A stretch of DNA of 64,000 bases from a virus. The translations under genes and the position numbers were made by a program. The notes below the pieces were generated by a model, which did not search any database, was not told the origin of the DNA, and saw only the letters and a program-made list of their open reading frames with translations. This document shows positions 38,074 to 47,473 of this stretch, piece after piece. The DNA is taken from the IMG/VR virus record IMGVR_UViG_3300021962_000077, positions 9,585 to 73,584 of that record. One strand, 5' to 3'. How positions within the stretch are numbered: position 1 is the first letter of the stretch; each line of letters begins with the position of its first letter.

Positions 38074-38265
38074 ATGAGTAAATTGAGCAAATTGAATAAA
38101 GTAAACGAAAGTATCACACTGCACCGTTATGACAACGGCTTTATGGTAGAAGTGGGTGGACGTGATGATGAAAACGATTGGAAAACTGCCAAGGTTCTTT
38201 GCAACACAGAAGAAGAAATGATCGCTGTGGTCAAAGAGTGGATCACTATGGAAATTGATACTTAA
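38074..38265 (+). CDS. hypothetical protein
   Basis: ORF with AAGGA SD. Confidence 0.55.
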   Translation: MSKLSKLNKVNESITLHRYDNGFMVEVGGRDDENDWKTAKVLCNTEEEMIAVVKEWITMEIDT

Positions 38266-38275
38266 GGGGAAATTT

Positions 38276-38971
38276 ATGTTTGGATCTAACTATACAGAGT
38301 ATAATGTTTTAAACTATAGATCGGCTAGTGAGATTAATCAAGCTATGGGTAGAGTCTATGGCTATATGGGGCTAGCTACACTTGTCAGTATGTTGGTCAG
38401 TTTATTTGTAGGTACAACACCTGAATTAGTAAACTTTTTCTTCACTGGCATTATGCATTGGATTGTAATTTTTGCACCGTTAGTTGCTGTAATTGGACTA
38501 ACTATTGCATTGAATGCCAATCCGTCAAAAGAAATTGCACTTGCCATGCTTGTAGGTTTTTCAGCTATAATGGGGTTGAGCTTTGCTGTAATCTTTGCTG
38601 TATACACAATGGCTAGTATTTTTAGTGCATTTATGGGAGCAGCAGTGTTGTTCGGTACTATGAGTTTTTATGGTTACTTTACCAAAAAAGATCTAGATAG
38701 CCTAGGAAAATTTATGTTTGTTGGACTTATTGCTATTGTTATTGCCAGCCTTATCAATATTTTTGTTGGTAGTACTGTAATGCAAATGGTTATAAGTGCT
38801 TTGGCAATTATTATTTTTATGGGACTGACTGCTTATGACACTCAAAAGATTCGAGAAATTGTTAGCGCAGAAACTACACCAGCTGTAGAAATAAGTGGTG
38901 CATTAACACTGTACTTGGATTTTATTAATATATTCCTAAGTTTGCTACAGCTATTCGGTGATAGAAAATGA
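38276..38971 (+). CDS. Bax inhibitor-1/YccA family membrane protein
   Basis: About 7 TM segments, TAYDTQKI, ALTLYLDFINIFLSLL. Confidence 0.9.
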   Translation: MFGSNYTEYNVLNYRSASEINQAMGRVYGYMGLATLVSMLVSLFVGTTPELVNFFFTGIMHWIVIFAPLVAVIGLTIALNANPSKEIALAMLVGFSAIMGLSFAVIFAVYTMASIFSAFMGAAVLFGTMSFYGYFTKKDLDSLGKFMFVGLIAIVIASLINIFVGSTVMQMVISALAIIIFMGLTAYDTQKIREIVSAETTPAVEISGALTLYLDFINIFLSLLQLFGDRK

Positions 38972-39186
38972 ATTCAGCAGAACAGGCAAGTAATCTAATT
39001 TTTAGAGCAAAACATCTTGTTGAGTTTATAGTAGAAACAGAAGTGCCAGAAAATTTTAGATTTAATGGCACTATTCCGTTTGACATTACTATAAAAGATA
39101 ATATAATTACTGCAAAGGTTTATGCTATAGATTTCGATGAGGCTGTACATAGGCTAAATGAATATTTAGAAAGTTGCAATGACTAG
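38968..39186 (+). CDS. hypothetical protein
   Basis: Coupled overlap with the upstream gene. Confidence 0.5.
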   Translation: MNSAEQASNLIFRAKHLVEFIVETEVPENFRFNGTIPFDITIKDNIITAKVYAIDFDEAVHRLNEYLESCND

Positions 39187-39203
39187 TTGTCAGAAAGATT
39201 AAA

Positions 39204-40064
39204 ATGAGTAAAATAAAAATAGCCGAATTATTCTATAGTATACAAGGAGAAGGACGTTACATGGGTGTACCGTCCGTATTCTTACGCACCTTTGGTTGTA
39301 ACTTTAAATGTGCAGGGTTTGGTATGCCGGCAGGACAACTAAGCACTGAAGTTGAAGATATTGCCTACACTCATGAAAATATAGAATCGTTTCAACGTTA
39401 CGAAGAGCTACCTTTGGTTAGTACAGGCTGCGATAGTTATGCATCGTGGGATCCAAGATTCAAAGATCTGAGTCCTATGCTAGAAAGCAATGCTATTGTT
39501 AATCGTATTATGGAAATACTTCCACATCGTCGTTGGGAAGACGAACATCTTGTTATTACTGGCGGTGAGCCATTGCTGGGGTGGCAACGTGCTTATCCAG
39601 ATCTATTAGATCATCCTAGTATGCACAGACTCAAAGAGATCACATTTGAAACCAATGGCACTCAAAAACTCACACCTGAGTTTAAAGAATATTTGTTAGG
39701 ATGGGATCGACAGGATCATCAGCAGAGAGAAATCACTTTCAGTGTAAGTGCCAAACTTCCTTGCAGTGGAGAAAAGTGGGAAGAAGCTATTCTACCAGAA
39801 GTTGTATGTGAATACGAAGAAGTAGGCACAGCGTATCTAAAATTTGTTATTGCTACAGAAGAAGATAGAGACTATGCATTGAAAGCGGCTGGCGAATATC
39901 GTGCGGCTGGTTTTAAAGGACACGTTTATCTCATGCCAGTGGGTGGTGTAGAAAGTGTTTACACGTTGAATAATCGTCGTGTTGCAGAACTGGCAATGAA
40001 ACATGGTCTACGCTACAGCGACAGACTACAAGTACCATTGTTTAAAAATGAATGGGGAACCTAA
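39204..40064 (+). CDS. queE: 7-carboxy-7-deazaguanine synthase (radical SAM)
   Basis: ELFYSIQGEG, FLRTFGCNFKC...GCDS, ITGGEPLL, FETNGT, YLMP, RLQ. Confidence 0.88.
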   Translation: MSKIKIAELFYSIQGEGRYMGVPSVFLRTFGCNFKCAGFGMPAGQLSTEVEDIAYTHENIESFQRYEELPLVSTGCDSYASWDPRFKDLSPMLESNAIVNRIMEILPHRRWEDEHLVITGGEPLLGWQRAYPDLLDHPSMHRLKEITFETNGTQKLTPEFKEYLLGWDRQDHQQREITFSVSAKLPCSGEKWEEAILPEVVCEYEEVGTAYLKFVIATEEDRDYALKAAGEYRAAGFKGHVYLMPVGGVESVYTLNNRRVAELAMKHGLRYSDRLQVPLFKNEWGT

Positions 40065-40537
40065 TGATAAAACAATTTTTCAAAAAAATCACAGGTATAG
40101 AGGCAATTGAAAATGCTAAATTGGCAGCTCGTGCAGAAGCAGAAGCCGCTGTAAAAATTGCAGAAGACGCTGCCAACGCTGCCAAAGATGCATTAGATGC
40201 AGTTGAACGGGCAAATAAAGAAGCCGAGATAGCTAAGATGACTCCAAAAGAACGTGCTACTGCTAGAGGAGAACCTTGGGTAGACGTGTTAGAAACTCAC
40301 GTTAACAAAGATAATATTCGAAATGGCTTTTTTGAACTTGACTGGAACGATCTATTTGTGCTACAATTGAAACAAGCTGGATATGGTTTTGATGGTGATC
40401 CAGACGAAGAAATCGTAGATCGTTGGTTTAGAGATTTAGCCAGGAACATGTTAGGTGAAGAAGGCTTGGATCAAAGTCGAGGATCTGGATTTATTAATGT
40501 AAGCAAACTAGCGGACGGTAAAGCCGAAGTAAAATGA
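40064..40537 (+). CDS. hypothetical phage protein
   Basis: Ala-rich coil, then GEPWV...GFFELDWN...VDRWF. Confidence 0.6.
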   Translation: MIKQFFKKITGIEAIENAKLAARAEAEAAVKIAEDAANAAKDALDAVERANKEAEIAKMTPKERATARGEPWVDVLETHVNKDNIRNGFFELDWNDLFVLQLKQAGYGFDGDPDEEIVDRWFRDLARNMLGEEGLDQSRGSGFINVSKLADGKAEVK

Positions 40538-41553
40538 GTTATATTCTAGTTGATACTGCTAACACGTTTTTTCGTGCAAGGCATGTAGTAAGAGGTGATG
40601 CTAATATTAAACTTGGCATGGCCATGCATATTACATTTAACAGTATCAAAAAAGCATGGCAAGATTTTGGAGGGAAACATGTCGTATTCTGTCTCGAAGG
40701 TCGATCATGGCGTAAAGATTTTTATGCTCCTTACAAACGCAATCGACAAGAAACCCGCGATGCAATGTCAGCAAAGGAACAAGAAGAAGATAAATTGTTC
40801 TGGGAAACTTTTGATGCATTCAAAACATTCATTAGTGATAAGACTAATTGTACAGTTTTACAACATCCAAGATTAGAAGCCGATGATTTAATTGCAGGTT
40901 TTATACAAGCTCATCCAAATGATAATCATGTAATCATTAGCACAGACACAGATTTTCATCAATTAATTGCACCCAATGTCAAACAGTATAACGGTGTAGC
41001 AGATACACTGACTACACACGAAGGTATCTTTGATAAAAAAGGTAAATCAGTTCTTGATAAGAAAACTAAAGAGCCAATGCCGGCACCAAATCCAAAGTGG
41101 ATTTTATTTGAAAAATGTATGAGAGGTGATACCAGTGACAATGTTTTCTCTGCTTATCCTGGCGTTCGTACTAAGGGTAGTAAGAACAAAGTCGGACTGA
41201 CAGAAGCGTTTGAAGACCGTGACAAAAAAGGCTTCAATTGGAATAATCTCATGCTTCAGCGTTGGGTTGATCATAACGGAATCGAACATCGTGTATTAGA
41301 TGATTATCAGCGTAATGTTACCCTTGTTGATCTAACTGCACAGCCTACAGAAATTAAACAGATCATTCGTGACACTATTGACCAAGGCGCAAGACCAAAA
41401 GATATTAGTCAGGTAGGAATTAGACTTTTAAAATTCTGTAATTTATATGACTTACAGAAAATCTCTGATAATATACAAAGTTATGCAGAACCATTTCAAG
41501 CCAAGTATCCTGAATCAGCAGTTACTTGGCGCAAACTAGTTGAGGAAGTTTAA
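40534..41553 (+). CDS. 5'-3' exonuclease / RNase H (T4 rnh-like, FEN fold)
   Basis: ILVD, WRKDFY..YK.NR, EADD, ISTDTDF.QL, GDTSDN. Confidence 0.88.
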   Translation: MSYILVDTANTFFRARHVVRGDANIKLGMAMHITFNSIKKAWQDFGGKHVVFCLEGRSWRKDFYAPYKRNRQETRDAMSAKEQEEDKLFWETFDAFKTFISDKTNCTVLQHPRLEADDLIAGFIQAHPNDNHVIISTDTDFHQLIAPNVKQYNGVADTLTTHEGIFDKKGKSVLDKKTKEPMPAPNPKWILFEKCMRGDTSDNVFSAYPGVRTKGSKNKVGLTEAFEDRDKKGFNWNNLMLQRWVDHNGIEHRVLDDYQRNVTLVDLTAQPTEIKQIIRDTIDQGARPKDISQVGIRLLKFCNLYDLQKISDNIQSYAEPFQAKYPESAVTWRKLVEEV

Positions 41554-42027
41554 ATGACAGAATTATATGCTAAGCCGATAGTCGATGGTAAATTTTGGAT
41601 CGTTGAAATGAACGGAGAAAAAATTGCCACTTTACACAAAAAAGAAAACAACAAGTTTATGTTGAGTAATAAAGATGGCGAAATTTACTTCAGTAAAAAA
41701 GAAGAATTGACTAAACAATTTGGCAAAAATTTCTTTTTACCTAAGATCAAAACAAAAATTACTTCAGTCGAAATAAATGAATGTCACGGATTTCCTACTA
41801 GTTGTACACCTTACAATAGTATGTTTGATGTAAGACAGAAATTACCATTATTCACAAAAAGTTCTGCAAGTAAAAGTTTATATTGTGCAGGGTACTATAT
41901 AATTAAATTCGACAAAGGATGGGTAAAGAGTTTTTGTCCTAAACTTATCACCATTGAAAGATACCCTTTTAAAGGTCCATTTACTAGTGAATTAGAAATG
42001 AAACAGGTATTATCAAATGTCAAATGA
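41554..42027 (+). CDS. hypothetical phage protein
   Basis: 157 aa; PLFTKS..SKS.YCAGYY. Confidence 0.6.
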   Translation: MTELYAKPIVDGKFWIVEMNGEKIATLHKKENNKFMLSNKDGEIYFSKKEELTKQFGKNFFLPKIKTKITSVEINECHGFPTSCTPYNSMFDVRQKLPLFTKSSASKSLYCAGYYIIKFDKGWVKSFCPKLITIERYPFKGPFTSELEMKQVLSNVK

Positions 42028-42265
42028 TCCTATTAACACCATTGCCATACAACAGTTTATACAACAAGTTAAAATTGCAGATGCTAGTCAACAAAAAGAA
42101 ATAAGACTAGATATGAAACAGGCAAAAAATATCAGCTTTGCACTAACAGAAGTTCTAGCAAAATTAACACAAGATTATGAAGTAATGCTTCAAGAATTGT
42201 TAAAAGCCGGTGGTAACGACACTATAACAGTTGCCATGGACGGTGGTGGATTTGGCACGAAATAA
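42017..42265 (+). CDS. hypothetical protein
   Basis: Ends MDGGGF. Confidence 0.55.
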   Translation: MSNDPINTIAIQQFIQQVKIADASQQKEIRLDMKQAKNISFALTEVLAKLTQDYEVMLQELLKAGGNDTITVAMDGGGFGTK

Positions 42266-42268
42266 GGA

Positions 42269-42302
42269 TAAATATATGCGTAGTTATCAAGGACGCATAT
42301 AT
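42269..42302 (+). promoter_or_regulatory. late promoter plus RBS-sequestering hairpin
   Basis: TAAATA overlaps ATATATGCGT...ACGCATATAT, which brackets AAGG and reaches the ATG. Confidence 0.55.
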
Positions 42303-42585
42303 GTCAAGGCCCAAGCCAAACGTATTATTAGAGCATATTAATAAGAAAACTTATAAGAGCGAGCAGATCTTAGAAGCAGATGCTATTTGGGCGGTGTTTT
42401 ATAAAGGCGAGCCATTTAATTTGAAAAGTTCTAACAGTTTAACCAGTTATCCTGGACCTAAATATAAAAAAGTAAGTTTTTCAAATCCTGGTCATGCACA
42501 TAATCTTGCTAAGAAATTGAACTTGACATTTGGCTGTCAAGACTTTCAAGTTGTAAAATTAACACAGGGCGAAATTATAAAATGA
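42301..42585 (+). CDS. hypothetical phage protein
   Basis: MSRPKP...YKKVSFSNPGHA.NLA.KLN. Confidence 0.6.
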   Translation: MSRPKPNVLLEHINKKTYKSEQILEADAIWAVFYKGEPFNLKSSNSLTSYPGPKYKKVSFSNPGHAHNLAKKLNLTFGCQDFQVVKLTQGEIIK

Positions 42586-42971
42586 TAAGCAAAGAAACAT
42601 ATACTACTATGTTTCTAAAAGAATGGGGCAAAAGTGCAGATGCTGCCAATCTAAAGCTGTATACTAGAACGTGGTGGCAAAACAACAGATCAAAAGATTC
42701 GGGCGGTTTACGTCTTACTGATCAAGGTTATGAATTTTTGGTTGGAGAACTAAATTTAAAAGAATATGAAATTCCTTTTACCGAACCAATCGAACTTAGC
42801 CCGCAAACAATAATCTTTTTGGACAGATACATCGACTGTCCATACTATCTTACCAATAAAAGTATCACAGTATTCTCTGAACGTAAAAGTTTTGAACTTT
42901 TTATGTTTTCGGACGACATACGAAAACTTGGCATCATCAAAGCCATCAATAATTTAAAAACGCAAGAATAA
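42582..42971 (+). CDS. hypothetical protein
   Basis: GGLRLTDQG...LDRYIDCPYY. Confidence 0.55.
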   Translation: MISKETYTTMFLKEWGKSADAANLKLYTRTWWQNNRSKDSGGLRLTDQGYEFLVGELNLKEYEIPFTEPIELSPQTIIFLDRYIDCPYYLTNKSITVFSERKSFELFMFSDDIRKLGIIKAINNLKTQE

Positions 42972-42991
42972 AATTTTTGGCTAACAAGCTG

Positions 42992-43020
42992 TTGACAGAA
43001 TAGAATTATTGTCATATAAT
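42992..43020 (+). promoter_or_regulatory. sigma70-type promoter with internal inverted repeat
   Basis: TTGACA-17nt-TATAAT; TGACA...TGTCA. Confidence 0.7.
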
Positions 43021-43063
43021 ACTAGGACAGTGATAGCAATTTTTTTAACAAGATAGGAATTTT

Positions 43064-44161
43064 ATGAGCGAAATCATTTCTCGTACAGTTGGCCCAAAAG
43101 GTGCTATGAAAGGTCTACGCAAGGCTTTTAAAAATAAACGTCCGTTGTTTCTTTGGGGACCTCCGGGCATTGGCAAATCAGATATTATCAAACAACTAGG
43201 TGCCGAGTTAGATGCTCATGTCATCGACGTTCGTTTGAGCTTGTGGGAACCTACTGATATTAAAGGTATTCCATACTTTGACTCAAACACTAGCAAAATG
43301 GTTTGGGCTCCTCCTAGCGAATTGCCAGATGATGCAATGGCAAAAGAGCATAATCAAATTATCCTATTCTTGGATGAAATGAACTCTGCGGCACCTAGTG
43401 TGCAAGCGGCAGCTTATCAACTTATTCTAAATCGTCGTGTTGGTACTTATAAGTTGCCAGATAACGTTGTAATGGTGGCAGCTGGTAACCGTGAAACTGA
43501 CAAGGGCGTAACTTATCGCATGCCTGCTCCGTTGGCCAACCGGTTTGTTCACTTGGAGATGCAAGTAGATTTTGATGACTGGGCACAATGGGCCACTGAC
43601 AATCGTATTCATAAGGATGTAGTCGGCTATTTAACTTTCTCTAAAAAGGACTTGTACGACTTTGATCCAAAATCTGGTTCACGTGCATTTGCTACACCTC
43701 GTAGTTGGAGCTTTGTTAGCGAATTGTTAATGGATGATGATACCGAAGAAGATACACTGTCAGATTTGATTAGTGGTTCCGTTGGTGAAGGCTTGGGCAT
43801 TAAGTTTATGGCACACCGCAAAGTATCAAGCAAGATGCCTAATCCTACAGATATTTTGCAGGGTAAAGTTAAAGAGATTAAGACCAAAGAAATCTCTGCT
43901 CAATACAGTTTGGTTACTAGTTTGTGTTATGAACTGAAAGATGCCGCTGACAAAAAAGCCAAAGACTGGAACAAACAGGTCAATCACTTTTTTGAATTTA
44001 TGATGAATAACTTTGAAACTGAGTTGGTTGTTATGGGCACTAAATTGAGTCTAAGCCAATACAAGTTGCCATTGGATCCAGATGAGATCGAGTGTTTTGA
44101 TGAGTTCCATGGTAAGTTTGGCAAGTACATTGCACAGGCTACAGAAAAACACGAACGTTAA
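43064..44161 (+). CDS. MoxR-like AAA+ ATPase
   Basis: GPPGIGKS, LFLDEMN, AAGN, LANRF, TPRSW. Confidence 0.85.
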   Translation: MSEIISRTVGPKGAMKGLRKAFKNKRPLFLWGPPGIGKSDIIKQLGAELDAHVIDVRLSLWEPTDIKGIPYFDSNTSKMVWAPPSELPDDAMAKEHNQIILFLDEMNSAAPSVQAAAYQLILNRRVGTYKLPDNVVMVAAGNRETDKGVTYRMPAPLANRFVHLEMQVDFDDWAQWATDNRIHKDVVGYLTFSKKDLYDFDPKSGSRAFATPRSWSFVSELLMDDDTEEDTLSDLISGSVGEGLGIKFMAHRKVSSKMPNPTDILQGKVKEIKTKEISAQYSLVTSLCYELKDAADKKAKDWNKQVNHFFEFMMNNFETELVVMGTKLSLSQYKLPLDPDEIECFDEFHGKFGKYIAQATEKHER

Positions 44162-44178
44162 TCTAAAAATTATATCAT

Positions 44179-44207
44179 TTGACACCTCCTTCGGGAGGTG
44201 TTATAAT
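44179..44207 (+). promoter_or_regulatory. sigma70-type promoter whose spacer is a UUCG hairpin
   Basis: TTGACA-CCTCCTTCGGGAGGTGT-TATAAT. Confidence 0.75.
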
Positions 44208-44236
44208 ATATACATACAGTAAACGAAGGAACTAAA

Positions 44237-45433
44237 ATGTCACACATTGATCCAGTAATTGACAAAATTATTGTAGCTCGCGTTGGCTTGCTACTACGTC
44301 ATCCGTTTTTTGGCAATATGGCTACTCGTCTTAAAATTATGGACGGTAGCGATTGGTGCCCTACAGCGGCTACTGACGGACGTCATCTATACTACAATCG
44401 AAAATTTTTTGAAAAACTAAGCACTAAAGAAGTCGAGTTTGTAGTAGCACACGAAATTCTACACAATGTATTTGATCATATGTCTCGTAGCGAAGGCAGA
44501 AATAAAGCAATTTGGAATGCCGCAGTTGACTATACTGTTAATGGTCAATTAGTTCGTGATCGAATTGGAACAAGTCCCAAAGACATTAAAATTTTCCATG
44601 ATCCAAAACATTATGGTAAACCTGCAGAACAAATTTATGATGAAATCTTTGAAGAAGAAGATGAAAAAAGTTTAGCTGCCTTAGGTCAATTACTTGACGA
44701 GCATATCGATTGGTCCGACGGTGACGATAACGGCAACGGCAACGGAAAACCACAATATTCTAAAGAAGAACTTAAACAAATCAGAGACGAAATTCGTGAG
44801 GCTACTATACAAGCAGCCAATGCGGCAGGTGCAGGTAACGTTCCTGCTAATATCCAACGAATGATCAAAGAACTAACTGAGCCAAAGATGAATTGGCGCG
44901 AAATATTGCGTCAACAAATTCAAAGTACTATTAAGAACGACTACACATTTATTCGTCCTAATCGCAAGGGCTGGCATATGAGTGCTATTCTTCCAGGTAC
45001 TAACTACGACGAAACGATTGATATCTGTATCGGTATTGATATGAGTGGTAGTATCTCAGATAAGCAAGCCAAAGATTTTATTGCAGAAATAAAAGGTATT
45101 ATGGATCAGTACCAAGACTATAAGATTAAATTATGGTGTTTTGATACTCGAGTGTATAACGAAGCAGATTTTGATGGCACTGGTAGTAACGATATCATGG
45201 AATATGAAGTTATCGGCGGTGGCGGAACTGAATTTGATGCTAACTGGGAATATATGAAAGAGCACGATATTCAACCTAAAAAGTTTATCATGTTTACAGA
45301 CGGTTATCCTTGGGGTAGTTGGGGCGATGAAAATTACTGTGATACAGTATTCATTATTCATGGCAACGATAAAATTGTTCCGCCTTGGGGGACTTACGCA
45401 TATTATGAACAGAACGGTACCATTAGAAGTTGA
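44237..45433 (+). CDS. DUF2201-type metallopeptidase plus VWA protein
   Basis: TAATDG, AHEILH, WNAAVD; MIDAS DMSGS, GGGGT.F, FTDGY. Confidence 0.85.
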   Translation: MSHIDPVIDKIIVARVGLLLRHPFFGNMATRLKIMDGSDWCPTAATDGRHLYYNRKFFEKLSTKEVEFVVAHEILHNVFDHMSRSEGRNKAIWNAAVDYTVNGQLVRDRIGTSPKDIKIFHDPKHYGKPAEQIYDEIFEEEDEKSLAALGQLLDEHIDWSDGDDNGNGNGKPQYSKEELKQIRDEIREATIQAANAAGAGNVPANIQRMIKELTEPKMNWREILRQQIQSTIKNDYTFIRPNRKGWHMSAILPGTNYDETIDICIGIDMSGSISDKQAKDFIAEIKGIMDQYQDYKIKLWCFDTRVYNEADFDGTGSNDIMEYEVIGGGGTEFDANWEYMKEHDIQPKKFIMFTDGYPWGSWGDENYCDTVFIIHGNDKIVPPWGTYAYYEQNGTIRS

Positions 45434-45959
45434 TTCTTTCAGTGCCGGACAAGTTGAAAGTAAAATTTGGGCGGCACAAGAATTAGAACGTGTTGTAGCT
45501 CATACTCATATTCTTAGAATTAGCATTCTAGGTGGATGGTATGGGTTGCTACATTTTATTTTAAAATCAAGAGGGCGACAAATGATTGAATGGTGTCGCA
45601 GTTACGATATTAACCCCTCTGTATGTTCAGTGGCTAATGTTATTAATAACACATGGGAAATGAAGGAATGGTCGTTTAAAAGCCTTCCTATGGATGCTAA
45701 TCTTGTAGACTTTTCTGATGGCACTAATACTGTCATTAATACATCTACAGAACATTTTTCCAGTAACCAGTGGTATGAAAATATCCCCGAAGGATTCTTG
45801 TGTTTATTTCAAGGTAACGATTTAGATATAGAAGACCATGTACAACGCCCTCAAGATCTTGCACATTTTAAATCTATGTTTCCTCTAAAAACAATGTTGT
45901 TTGAAGGTGAACTTAAATTTCCTGAATATACTAGATATATGATAATTGGACACAAATAA
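45405..45959 (+). CDS. SAM-dependent methyltransferase-like protein
   Basis: GQVESKIW, ILGGWYG, SYDI, VINTSTEH, RYMIIG. Confidence 0.55.
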   Translation: MNRTVPLEVDSFSAGQVESKIWAAQELERVVAHTHILRISILGGWYGLLHFILKSRGRQMIEWCRSYDINPSVCSVANVINNTWEMKEWSFKSLPMDANLVDFSDGTNTVINTSTEHFSSNQWYENIPEGFLCLFQGNDLDIEDHVQRPQDLAHFKSMFPLKTMLFEGELKFPEYTRYMIIGHK

Positions 45960-46240
45960 TGGCTATTAAAAACGGTAAGCCTAATCCATTAAATTACTTT
46001 GACCTACGCAAGGTAGATTTTCCTGCGTTTCATTTTTACTATACTAGTCTTCCAAAATATACCCCTAATTTTATAAAACAATTAGATAACTGGATTTTTA
46101 ATAGTTTGAACAGTCGATACTACATAGGACAGGCGTTAGAACTAGACGCAAATAATAATCTTGTTTACGTTACTAGGATCGGATTTGAAGCTGAAAAAGA
46201 ACTAAGTTTCTTCAGAATTGCCTGTCCACATTTATCTTAA
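45959..46240 (+). CDS. hypothetical protein
   Basis: NPLN...IGFE..KELSFF. Confidence 0.55.
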   Translation: MAIKNGKPNPLNYFDLRKVDFPAFHFYYTSLPKYTPNFIKQLDNWIFNSLNSRYYIGQALELDANNNLVYVTRIGFEAEKELSFFRIACPHLS

Positions 46241-46279
46241 TGATAATTATATACGTATTTTATTTCTAAAGGAGAAGTC

Positions 46280-46528
46280 ATGACAGAAGAAGTACAGAAC
46301 CAACCAGCAGCAGCAGAAACCGCTCAACCTGCTCAACAAAAAGGCGCTGATTTAAATATCAATGATCTAAACGCATTAAAACAAATTATTGATGTTGCAA
46401 GTTCAAGAGGTGCCTTTAAACCAGGTACTGAAATGGTTGCAGTAGGTCAAGTTTATGAAAAACTAGCTTCGTTTTTAGAAGCAGTTGCTAAACAAGCCGA
46501 AGCATCAAAAGAAAAAACTGGAGCATAA
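46280..46528 (+). CDS. hypothetical phage protein
   Basis: LNINDL...IIDVASSRGAFK; AAGGAG SD. Confidence 0.6.
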   Translation: MTEEVQNQPAAAETAQPAQQKGADLNINDLNALKQIIDVASSRGAFKPGTEMVAVGQVYEKLASFLEAVAKQAEASKEKTGA

Positions 46529-46529
46529 T

Positions 46530-47156
46530 ATGGAATTAAAACATGTAGGTAGAGTTGTTGGTACTGGACGTAAATGTCTAGTAGCCTATAGAACATTGCC
46601 CGGAGATTCTAGTAATTGCTTAATTGTCCCGACAGAAGGCCTAACTGATGCACAACACGATGCAATTATTAACTTAGTAAACAGCACGGCAGGACAAGAT
46701 GCAAATGAATTTGCGGAAGTAATGGCAAGAACTAATTTTCCCGACGGAAGTATCATGTTGGCTAACCTACATGTTAATGGAAAATTAATTAAAGTATCCA
46801 CTAGTCAAATTGAAATGACTCCTAATACTCAGATGAAAATTTTGTTATCTGAGTTAAACCAGATTATTGCCGAACAACGAGGTCTAACTGTCGATCAATT
46901 AGCTATTCAAACTAAGGATACTAAAGGATCAGAAGTTAAAGAAATAGCATCTGCTAAGGACATAAGTCCAAAACAAGGCGAAGATGTTACTAAAACTGTT
47001 GAAGAAAGACAAGCAGAAGTTTTAGCAGATAGCTCTATGACTCCGGAACAGAAAGCTTCTAAACTACGCAGTGAAGCAGATCGTTTATACAAGCAGGCCG
47101 CTATTTTAAGAAAAGAAGCCGAAGAACTAAGTCCAATAAAGAAAAAAGAAAAGTGA
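46530..47156 (+). CDS. hypothetical phage protein
   Basis: Starts MELKHVGR after GGAG. Confidence 0.6.
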   Translation: MELKHVGRVVGTGRKCLVAYRTLPGDSSNCLIVPTEGLTDAQHDAIINLVNSTAGQDANEFAEVMARTNFPDGSIMLANLHVNGKLIKVSTSQIEMTPNTQMKILLSELNQIIAEQRGLTVDQLAIQTKDTKGSEVKEIASAKDISPKQGEDVTKTVEERQAEVLADSSMTPEQKASKLRSEADRLYKQAAILRKEAEELSPIKKKEK

Positions 47157-47473
47157 CATTAAAAGGAAGAAATTTTCCTAAAGATGTCATCGCACACTGG
47201 CCTGAGGTATTCGGGGAGATAAATCTCAACGTAGTACCGCTAAAATATTTACATACTATCAGTGTGACATTTAAAGATGGCAAAGTTTGGGAAATTGATG
47301 TAACGAAAAACGGTAAGAATAATAACTGGGATTCTTTTGAAAAGGAGATCCAAGAAATATTTGTCACCTATGAGGAAAATATCGATAACATTGACTTTCA
47401 GATAAACACTGAAAAAGTCAAAAGCGATATAATAAAAACCACTGCAAAATTTTTAAAGAAAAAGAAATTATAA
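47153..47473 (+). CDS. hypothetical protein
   Basis: GTGA overlap with the upstream gene. Confidence 0.55.
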   Translation: MTLKGRNFPKDVIAHWPEVFGEINLNVVPLKYLHTISVTFKDGKVWEIDVTKNGKNNNWDSFEKEIQEIFVTYEENIDNIDFQINTEKVKSDIIKTTAKFLKKKKL

